A DNA stretch of 64,000 nucleotides from Bacteroidota bacterium (GTDB lineage: Bacteria; Bacteroidota; Bacteroidia; Bacteroidales; F082): NCBI GenBank assembly GCA_045267845.1, contig JASFZK010000057.1, forward strand, positions 792 to 64,791. The letters run 5' to 3'. Below are positions 56,360 through 64,000 of the stretch, piece by piece. The notes below the pieces were generated by a model that ran no database searches, was not told where the DNA came from, and saw only the letters and a list, made by a program, of their open reading frames with translations. The position numbers and the translations under genes are program-made. Each line of letters opens with the position of its first letter. Position 1 is the first letter of the stretch.

Positions 56360-58555
56360 CTACCTTTTGGTAATAATATTTTCCAGTTTATCTAATCTTT
56401 CAATTAATTCTGTATTCACTTTTTTAAGCTCATCAATCTCCATTTGTTGTTGTTGAATTATCCCAATTGTAATTTCTACTGGATTGACATCAGTAACATC
56501 TTCCTTAATATTATTAATAAATGCCAGTTTTTCACCAGTAAATTTTTCAATTAAGCGAATTGCCCTTAGCATATCAACATTGATTACCTTTCCTAATTCT
56601 GTATTTTCACTATAATACGACCATGCCATTGGTTCGCTTTTTGTAGTGACGCTAAAATTGTGAGGTGATAATGTAGTTATGTTTCCTGCTTCGTCACGAA
56701 CCCTTAGTTCACTAGTGGTAACGTCCTCTGCATAAAGCAAAATGCCATTTGAAATTGAGGCATTAGGTATATTTCCGTTAATTAGTGATAACGTATTAGT
56801 GCCGTTGCCAAATAGTTTTGTGCCAACACCAAGGTTACCATGAATTGTTATAAAATCACTATCGAAATTGCCATAAATTAATGGAGTTGTGGAGTTTGAG
56901 TTTTCTATGTATAATTTATTATCTCCAGTCTCTGAGTATCCTGCTTGGTAACCTAGAAAAATGTTACCTGATTTATTATGATTTTCCACACCTCGTCCAG
57001 CTTCATAACCTATAATAGTATTGTTTGAACCTTCTTGATTATAACTATTTGCACTAAAACCAACTCCAATATTTTTGTCACCGACGGTATTACTATAAAG
57101 AGCATATTCTCCATCAGCAGTATTATAATCACCTGATGTGTTATAATATAACGAAGCTAATCCATTGGCTGTATTATTAAACCCTATTGTGTTAGAATAT
57201 AACGCACCTACTCCTATTGCCGTGTTTGAGCCGCCTTGTGTATTATGATACATTGCTTCTTTACCAATAGCAGTATTATGGTTCCCTAAAGTTGTAGAGC
57301 CTAACGCCCTATAACCCAGGGCGGTATTGTAATACCCGGTGGTATTTGCATAAAGAGCAGCTATTCCAATTCCTACGTTTTGATTATCAGTTTCATCATC
57401 ACTCACTCCTGCATTTGCTCCTATAAAAACACTGTTCCCTCCTGTTTTTCCATCATTAAGATTATTTATTGATGTGCTGGACCAACTTAAGCTACCACCA
57501 CCATCTGTTCGTAGCACCTGATTTCCGGAACCATCTGAGGTAGGAAACTGATAAGCATTGTTGATATCAAGTGTGCCATTTATTCTTAATAAATTATTAT
57601 CGAATTCTCCATATATCAATGGAGATGATGTATTTGTATTTTCGATATAAAGTTTATTATCACCAAGCTCCGAATAACCTGCCTGATAGCCCAGAAAAAT
57701 GTTACCTGATTTGTTGTAGAAACCCCACGATGTCACATATCCTGCCTGATAACCAATTATTGTATTATTTGATCCTTCCTGATTACTATAATTTGTTTCA
57801 TAACCAATACATATATTATTATTTCCAATTGTGTTGTTATACAGAGCTTTGTATCCAATGCCAATATTATAATCTCCTGATATATTTTTATATACAGACT
57901 GAAAACCACTAGATATATTATAATTACCTGAGGTGTTATAACCCATAGCAGCATACCCACTTGCAATATTTCCATTTCCAACAGTATTATCGCCAAGTGA
58001 AAGATACCCATTTGCTATATTAGCAGATCCTGTTGTATTATCAATTAAAGCAGAACATCCATTTGCAACGTTACTTGACCCGGATGTATTAGCAAATAAG
58101 GATTTGTACCCCGACGACACATTTCCCCACCCTGTTGTATTTGTTGAAAATGCATCAATACCAACAGCGATATTTTTATTATCAGTCCCATCATCATTGG
58201 CGCCTGCACTAGTACCAAGAAAAACACTATTTCCTCCCGTTTTACCATCACTAAGCCCATTAATATCGGTTGCCCCCCCATCACCAATTAAGCCCCATGA
58301 GCTACCATTGTAGTAATAATATCCTGGAGTATTATCGGTTTGATAAATCATCAGTCCTGTTGCAGGACTGGAAATTGCATCACGTTCTGTTTTTATCATT
58401 CGTGGAATTAGCACGCCCTTTGTTGTGGATACAACGTCAAGCATTGCCGAAGGATCGGCTGCCGCTCCTGTTGTATTTATGGCAACTTGTGCCATGCTGT
58501 TTGAAGAAAAAACCAAAATTAGAATAAAACTTACTAGAATAGGATACTTTTTCAT
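56360..58555 (-). CDS. tail-fibre-like beta-helix repeat surface protein (paralogue, non-S74 C-terminus)
   Basis: 731 aa; same N-domain (AQVAINTTGAAADPSAMLDV...GVLIPRM...YYYYNGSSW), same NT-x-G repeats and two KLYIEN..S.PLIYG.F neck modules; lacks the SDxRxKxN motif. Confidence 0.8.
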   Translation of the reverse strand: MKKYPILVSFILILVFSSNSMAQVAINTTGAAADPSAMLDVVSTTKGVLIPRMIKTERDAISSPATGLMIYQTDNTPGYYYYNGSSWGLIGDGGATDINGLSDGKTGGNSVFLGTSAGANDDGTDNKNIAVGIDAFSTNTTGWGNVSSGYKSLFANTSGSSNVANGCSALIDNTTGSANIANGYLSLGDNTVGNGNIASGYAAMGYNTSGNYNISSGFQSVYKNISGDYNIGIGYKALYNNTIGNNNICIGYETNYSNQEGSNNTIIGYQAGYVTSWGFYNKSGNIFLGYQAGYSELGDNKLYIENTNTSSPLIYGEFDNNLLRINGTLDINNAYQFPTSDGSGNQVLRTDGGGSLSWSSTSINNLNDGKTGGNSVFIGANAGVSDDETDNQNVGIGIAALYANTTGYYNTALGYRALGSTTLGNHNTAIGKEAMYHNTQGGSNTAIGVGALYSNTIGFNNTANGLASLYYNTSGDYNTADGEYALYSNTVGDKNIGVGFSANSYNQEGSNNTIIGYEAGRGVENHNKSGNIFLGYQAGYSETGDNKLYIENSNSTTPLIYGNFDSDFITIHGNLGVGTKLFGNGTNTLSLINGNIPNASISNGILLYAEDVTTSELRVRDEAGNITTLSPHNFSVTTKSEPMAWSYYSENTELGKVINVDMLRAIRLIEKFTGEKLAFINNIKEDVTDVNPVEITIGIIQQQQMEIDELKKVNTELIERLDKLENIITKR

Positions 58556-58680
58556 AACTGTTGACTTTATATTTTTGATAAATATATAACAGGAATATGG
58601 CTTACGCCAACCTAAATGAATAAGTGCATGGATATACTAGGTATTCGCTAATATATTTTTATTATTTGCAGAAGTTTATA

Positions 58681-60360
58681 CTATGAATAATCAAAACTAC
58701 TGTCTCCTAAAAACTCTCGCAAAATTGAGGTGGGGGGTATTTCTTTTTCAGGAATGGGGAGTATATATGAAAGAAATTTTAATAATCGTTGAGCTTCAGC
58801 ATACTTGCGGGCAATGGGTGGTACTTCTTTAAGAATTGGCTCAGCAAGGCGTTTTAGTACACCTAACTCAAACAACAAAGCAGTATTAAACATTACATCA
58901 GCCTCTTCTTGAAATGGAAAGATATGTATTTCTTCACCTTTTCTAACATCTGGCCAACGCTTAAGTGTTTCTAAAGCTGAATATCCACGATACATATGGT
59001 CACGTACCATCCTACGAATTAGCCGGTTATCAGTAGTAGGAATACGGTTACTGGCATCAATACTTAATGGAGTTAGTGCAGAAACATAAACCTTAAACTT
59101 TCTTTTTGCAGGAATCATCTCCGAAATAATAGGATTTAAACCATGAATTCCCTCAACCAGAATTATACCATTTTCACCCATCTTCATGGTATTTCCATTG
59201 TAAGATCTTTTCCCTTCTGTGAATGAAAATTTGGGTAATTCTATTTCTTTTCCATCAAATAAATCAAGCATATTTTCATTAAAGAGCTTAATGTCTAACG
59301 CCTGAGGGCTTTCAAAATCATAGTTGCCTTTTTTATCTTTAGGTGTCTTTTCCCTATCAACAAAATAATTATCCATGGAAAGTACCTTGGGTTTAAAACC
59401 AATAACACTAAGCTGAATAGCAAGTCGTTTTGCAAAAGTTGTTTTACCAGATGATGAAGGCCCAGAGATAAGAACAACTTTAATATCGTCTTTTCTATCA
59501 ACAATCATGTCAGCAATACAAGCAAGTTTTTTCTCCTGAAGAGCTTCCGAAATTTTAATAATCTCACTTATGCTACCATCTTGTGTTGCCAAATTTAACT
59601 GTCCAACATAAGGAACACCTATAATTTCAACCCACTCTTTAAACTCTCTAAATATCTCAAATAATTTATTTTGAGTTAGTATATTTGATAATTGCTCAGG
59701 ATTCTTTTCCTTTGGAGAAACAAGCAACATTCCTTCGTAATACGGCACAAGATCAAATGTTTTCAAATATCCGCTCGACGGCACCAAATAACCATAAAAA
59801 TAGTTGACAACATCATCAAGTTTATATACTGAACTATAAAATTGTTTGCGTGTTCGCATTAAAGTGCATTTGTCGTCTAATCCAAAATCTTCAAATACTT
59901 TTAATGCAATTTTAGTTCTAATTTCGTCTCTTTCAAAAGGAATGTCCATATCGATGATTTCCTGCATGCGATTACGAAGTTTATTCACCACATCATCTTG
60001 TGAATCTTCAAGAAAGCCATCAGCTAATTCGCAATATAAGCCATTTGAAACCGAATGTTCAATTTTTAACTTATCCTCTGGGTAAAGATCAACAACAGCC
60101 TTAAACAGCACCATGGATAAGGACCGGAGATACATCCGTTTTCCATCAGTATGTCGGTAATCAATAAAATAAACCGTCTTAGGTTTATAAATCATGTAGT
60201 CGAGCTCCTTAAGACTATTATTTACCATTGCACCCAGTATGGGATATCCGGTATCTATTTTCTGGTCGGCAATAATATCTATCAGAGTAGTACCAAAAGG
60301 GTAGCTTTTCTCGGTTTTGGTATTCTCGCAGTATATGTTGAAACTTTTGATTTTACTCAT
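58681..60360 (-). CDS. uridine/nucleoside kinase family P-loop protein with N-terminal TGS-like domain
   Basis: 559 aa; P-loop GPSSSGKTT followed by a PRK/Udk-like region; N-terminal ~250 aa ThrRS-N-like. Confidence 0.55.
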   Translation of the reverse strand: MSKIKSFNIYCENTKTEKSYPFGTTLIDIIADQKIDTGYPILGAMVNNSLKELDYMIYKPKTVYFIDYRHTDGKRMYLRSLSMVLFKAVVDLYPEDKLKIEHSVSNGLYCELADGFLEDSQDDVVNKLRNRMQEIIDMDIPFERDEIRTKIALKVFEDFGLDDKCTLMRTRKQFYSSVYKLDDVVNYFYGYLVPSSGYLKTFDLVPYYEGMLLVSPKEKNPEQLSNILTQNKLFEIFREFKEWVEIIGVPYVGQLNLATQDGSISEIIKISEALQEKKLACIADMIVDRKDDIKVVLISGPSSSGKTTFAKRLAIQLSVIGFKPKVLSMDNYFVDREKTPKDKKGNYDFESPQALDIKLFNENMLDLFDGKEIELPKFSFTEGKRSYNGNTMKMGENGIILVEGIHGLNPIISEMIPAKRKFKVYVSALTPLSIDASNRIPTTDNRLIRRMVRDHMYRGYSALETLKRWPDVRKGEEIHIFPFQEEADVMFNTALLFELGVLKRLAEPILKEVPPIARKYAEAQRLLKFLSYILPIPEKEIPPTSILREFLGDSSFDYS

Positions 60361-60380
60361 AGTAATTTTGGTTTAATCAC

Positions 60381-63300
60381 TTACCTCTCTCCTAAAGTTA
60401 AAGAAATAGTTTTTTCTTCATCACCTCGAAGTACCGTTAGGCTAACTACATCTCCTGGTTTATAGTTTTTCAATAAATCAGAATAGACTTTTAGGTTCTC
60501 GGTTTTTTTACTATCAATCTCAATTATTATATCTCCGGCTTGTAACCCTGCAGTTTCACCTGTTGAACCAGCCTTAACACTGCCAATTTTAATACCAGGT
60601 CCCTGATGACTAAAATCGGGGATTGAACCCGTACTTACTTTTCCGCTTTTCTTGGCTTTTGGAGAGGCCTTTTTAGCAACTTCTGCGCTTCCAGTATAAT
60701 TCATGGGGTCTTCTCTGTCGGCAAGATATACCAATACTTCTTTGGTAACAATGGCAACTTTCACCATTCCTTCACCATCAATTTTTTCGATTACATCGCT
60801 AGGTTTATGATAGTTTTCGGTTGCCCCAGTAAATAGCTGAATACCTGGAATACCTTTTTCAATAAATGCAACCTGATCACTGGCATCCAAATCTTGCTGA
60901 ATTACTTCCGATTTTATTCCAGTTGTGTAATCGGTTCCCATGAAAATAAACTTCCACTCTTTTGCAGAATTACCGTTTAGTACCAACAGTTTTTTATCAA
61001 ATAGACTACCATCGGTATCAAGATTTACATTGGCAAAAATGTCTCCTTTAAAATAGTCTTTGCTGTGAGCTACAAAATAACGGGAGCCAATTAATCCGGC
61101 TTCTTCAGCGGTACAAGCAAGAAAAACAATTGTTCTTTTTGGCTTTACAGTTTTTGCCATGGACTGTGCTAACTCAATCATAATTGCTACTCCACTGGCA
61201 TTATCATCGGCACCATAATGAATTTTACCTTCGTTACCTTTTCTAACATCAGGCCAACCCAGACCCAGGTGATCATAATGTGCCGAAACAACAACTGGTT
61301 CATCCTTTAGTTTAGGATCTGTACCAGGTATTATGCCAATAACATTAGTAAGCTTTAACTCTCCTTTATCTTTAAAATTATGAGTAAATTTTTGATAATA
61401 ATTATCGCCAATTGGCTTTAAACCAGCTTCCTTAAATTTTTGAGCAATATAATCAGCAGCCTCATCAATTTCAGCAGTTCCAAGACCTCTTCCTTTTAAT
61501 TCTTCAGATGCCAAATACTCAACTGTTGACATCATTCTTTTTTCTGAAAAAACAGGTTTTAAAGTTGCCAATGCAACTCTTGGTTCTATAATAGATATTT
61601 TTTGAGCATCATCAACAAAAGTTTTAACAAGTGGCGAATTTAACACAGGCCATTGTCCTTTTGCAATATTAGTTGGCTCATTGCCACTAAAAGCTAAGTA
61701 GCTGTATTTTCCGTAATGAGGCAGCTTCCTAATAAGTCCGGCAATGGCATTATTATTACCAACCGAAATAAATATATTTTGCATTTTAATGTCATTTGCT
61801 TTCGACATTGTGAAAACAAAACTATTGTTACTTTTACTTAGTTGCTTATTTTCAAATTTAACAGAATCTTTACTAAGACTAGAATTATAATCAGCTAATT
61901 GATTATTCATTTCAGGGGCAAATTTATTCTCAAAACCTATAATCCAAGCTGTTTTGTCAGTTGGAATATCTGACAAATCCTTATCATAAACAATTGTAAA
62001 TTTCTTGCTATCTGTATTTTTCCATTGCTCTGCAAAAGCATTATAAACCTCAGCAAGCTCCTTATTAATTTTTGAAGGTAGTATTATGAGAGCATTGCTG
62101 CTTCCCCAAATTTTGGATAATGTTGGTGGCACTTCGGCAGGATGTAAAAGTCTGAAAATATCATACTGGGCATCCACAACTAATTTGAGTGGTTTACTTT
62201 TCAATGAAATTTGGAAATCTTGTTGTTTCTTATTCATGTTAAAAACAAAAACTTCAAGTCCATTTTCAGTGGCAACATTTATTGGAATGTCAATGTTAAA
62301 TGCTGGTGTATTTTGCTTTTGTTCGATGCTGATATTTATGCGGTATTTGCCAGCAAACATATCAGTACTTACATTGGAAATTGCCAGTTCGGGAGCGCCG
62401 TACCTGTTTACCCACTGATTAAAAAACTGGGTTAAATCAACTCCTGACACTTTCTCCATGGAGATTCGGATATCATCGTATGAGGCAGCCTTGTATTTAT
62501 TATTCTCATAAAATAACTGAAAGCCCTTTACGAAGTTCTCATCGCCAACTTTCCTTCGCAACATTTGCCACATCATTAAGCTTTTTCCATATCCAATTGC
62601 TTCACTTGGCCCGTCGTGGCGGGAAATAAATTTACTTAACGGGAAATCATTTTTCGGTGTAACATAATTGCTAAATTTCTGCAAAGTAGATCTCCGATAT
62701 TCTTCTCCGGCACCTCGTTGCTCTTTTATTAAATGGTCGGCCATAAAAGCTGTTGTTCCTTCGCACCAGTTACCACTTTCAAAATCGACATAAACGCTAT
62801 TCCCCCACCAGTTATGTAGCAATTCGTGTGGATAAGATGAGTGAAGAATGAATGGAAAACGAATAACTTTTTCGCCTAATAATGTAAACGAAGGCATGCC
62901 ATATCCTGTTTCCCAAAAATTTTCAACAAGTGCAAATTTACTGTATGGATAATCACCTAACATACTCTGATACATTTCCATGTATTGCTCAGTTACTTCC
63001 AAGTATTTATTGGCAAGACCTTCATCGGGTGTACGCAGAAATGCCATTGCCATTACGCCGCTATTCATATTATAAGTGTATTCATTAAACTCAGCAGCAA
63101 TTAAAAACACTTCTTCCTGTGGTTTATCACAAACCCAAGTATCAATATGTTTATCATCAACAATTTTATCTACTGTACGTTTTCCCTGACTCACATTTCT
63201 CCATGCTTTAGGTAATTCGGTAGTCAATGTATATTCCATTAATTTATCTTCAAACACAGGCACCCAGTATGTTGATCCAGCTAAATAAACACCAAGCTTA

Positions 63301-63728
63301 TTTATTATTCCGGGTGATTGTGCAAACCCACGCTGATAGTTTTCTTCACTTTGTTCTATTTCATAATTAAGTTTTCCTTGATAAGACATAACAAATGTGT
63401 TTGCATCACCAATTATCTTCCAGTTTGATAGTTTCAACCCAGTTTCACCATCAACATCATCCCTATCCATACCTACATCACCAATATTAGTATTGTTAGG
63501 TATTTTTTCGAATGAAATATTTTTTGTGTTACTTACAGGTGTAAAAATGGCATTGAGTACGAATTCTCTTTTAAAATCATTATCAATCGAAATTGTATCA
63601 ATAACACTAATTTCTGTTGTGTATGGATTAACAATTACTGTAAGGTTATGATAAACTGATTCAGTATTTTGGGAAAAAGAAAATAAACCAATTAAAACTG
63701 CAATTGATAAAAGAAATGATTTTTTCAT
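60381..63728 (-). CDS. secreted M1 aminopeptidase - M28 peptidase - PDZ fusion protein
   Basis: 1115 aa; signal peptide; M1 zinc site HELLHNWWGN...WCEG; M28 block SAHYDHLG...GADDNASGVA...EEAGLIGS; C-terminal PDZ GIKIGSVKAGSTGETAGLQAGDIIIEID. Confidence 0.85.
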   Translation of the reverse strand: MKKSFLLSIAVLIGLFSFSQNTESVYHNLTVIVNPYTTEISVIDTISIDNDFKREFVLNAIFTPVSNTKNISFEKIPNNTNIGDVGMDRDDVDGETGLKLSNWKIIGDANTFVMSYQGKLNYEIEQSEENYQRGFAQSPGIINKLGVYLAGSTYWVPVFEDKLMEYTLTTELPKAWRNVSQGKRTVDKIVDDKHIDTWVCDKPQEEVFLIAAEFNEYTYNMNSGVMAMAFLRTPDEGLANKYLEVTEQYMEMYQSMLGDYPYSKFALVENFWETGYGMPSFTLLGEKVIRFPFILHSSYPHELLHNWWGNSVYVDFESGNWCEGTTAFMADHLIKEQRGAGEEYRRSTLQKFSNYVTPKNDFPLSKFISRHDGPSEAIGYGKSLMMWQMLRRKVGDENFVKGFQLFYENNKYKAASYDDIRISMEKVSGVDLTQFFNQWVNRYGAPELAISNVSTDMFAGKYRINISIEQKQNTPAFNIDIPINVATENGLEVFVFNMNKKQQDFQISLKSKPLKLVVDAQYDIFRLLHPAEVPPTLSKIWGSSNALIILPSKINKELAEVYNAFAEQWKNTDSKKFTIVYDKDLSDIPTDKTAWIIGFENKFAPEMNNQLADYNSSLSKDSVKFENKQLSKSNNSFVFTMSKANDIKMQNIFISVGNNNAIAGLIRKLPHYGKYSYLAFSGNEPTNIAKGQWPVLNSPLVKTFVDDAQKISIIEPRVALATLKPVFSEKRMMSTVEYLASEELKGRGLGTAEIDEAADYIAQKFKEAGLKPIGDNYYQKFTHNFKDKGELKLTNVIGIIPGTDPKLKDEPVVVSAHYDHLGLGWPDVRKGNEGKIHYGADDNASGVAIMIELAQSMAKTVKPKRTIVFLACTAEEAGLIGSRYFVAHSKDYFKGDIFANVNLDTDGSLFDKKLLVLNGNSAKEWKFIFMGTDYTTGIKSEVIQQDLDASDQVAFIEKGIPGIQLFTGATENYHKPSDVIEKIDGEGMVKVAIVTKEVLVYLADREDPMNYTGSAEVAKKASPKAKKSGKVSTGSIPDFSHQGPGIKIGSVKAGSTGETAGLQAGDIIIEIDSKKTENLKVYSDLLKNYKPGDVVSLTVLRGDEEKTISLTLGER

Positions 63729-63742
63729 TGTTGTGTTTTTTG

Positions 63743-63750
63743 CAAAAATA
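63743..63750 (-). promoter_or_regulatory. TAnnTTTG -7 box (TATTTTTG)
   Basis: 14 nt upstream of the M1/M28 gene start and downstream of the 63804-63835 terminator. Confidence 0.4.
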
Positions 63751-63803
63751 GGGAATATTAGCTACTGGTAAAATCACAAGTTGCGGGTATTTAATTCAGC
63801 ACA

Positions 63804-63835
63804 TAAAAAAAGCCCCTGATAATATATCAGAGGCT
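63804..63835 (-). terminator. rho-independent terminator after the truncated fibre gene
   Basis: Minus strand: AGCCTCTGATA-TATT-ATCAGGGGCT followed by T7. Confidence 0.8.
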
Positions 63836-63872
63836 CATAGTTTACCAAACATCCTACCTTTTGGAATTATTA

Positions 63873-64000
63873 CTATTTTTTTAATTTTCTTACTTCTATA
63901 ATCAAATCCTCAATCATTTGCTGTTGTTCATCAATTATTTGTTGCTGCTCTTGCATAGCTTTTACTATGGGCACAACAAATTCAGAATAGCGAATACCAT
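63873..64000 (-). CDS. 3' end of a third tail-fibre-like gene (S74 chaperone-domain tail), truncated by the window
   Basis: Minus-strand translation ...GIRYSEFVVPIVKAMQEQQQIIDEQQQMIEDLIIEVRKLKK* parallels ...GLSYAEFVVPLVKSVQELNEKLEKEN... of 9369-12659. Confidence 0.7.
   Translation of the reverse strand, partial: GIRYSEFVVPIVKAMQEQQQIIDEQQQMIEDLIIEVRKLKK

Noticed and set aside
1-64000. Sigma-54 promoters (TGGCAC-N5-TTGC), looked for because rpoN is present
   Set aside because: The TGGCA occurrences I checked (for example 19304, 28034, 48584) lack a correctly spaced TTGC. None is supportable by eye.

Overview
AT-rich chromosomal segment of a Bacteroidota genome. The assignment rests on T9SS C-terminal sorting domains, TAnnTTTG -7 promoter boxes 14-37 nt upstream of many start codons, sigma-54 and an IPExxxVDY-like protein. 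I support 44 CDS. Housekeeping genes (metG, lipB, mdh, prfB with its +1 frameshift, rpoN, asnS, ettA, pheS, recX, a DEAD-box helicase, two PPIases) are interleaved with accessory envelope loci. The accessory loci are: (1) two tandem TPR-LuxR regulators next to a 1096-aa beta-helix 'tail-fibre-like' protein with an S74 intramolecular-chaperone domain; (2) two further fibre paralogues, one cut by the window edge; (3) three uncharacterised secreted proteins downstream of the second fibre gene; (4) three T9SS cargo proteins; (5) a five-gene operon joining an ABC-2 exporter to a complete TolC-MFP-RND pump, where the ABC permease is fused to an ~830-aa periplasmic module that looks M1-peptidase-like but has no HExxH. 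I saw no rRNA, tRNA, CRISPR, integrase or transposase. The least expected signal is non-coding. Most of the longer intergenic regions I examined carry a long imperfect palindrome or a phased short-word array. Four repeat families recur inside the window (about 95, 118, 110 and 190 nt). In three of those families, copies sit just 3' of a stop codon in the same orientation relative to the upstream gene. All functional calls come from motif recognition by eye; no database search or folding program was run.
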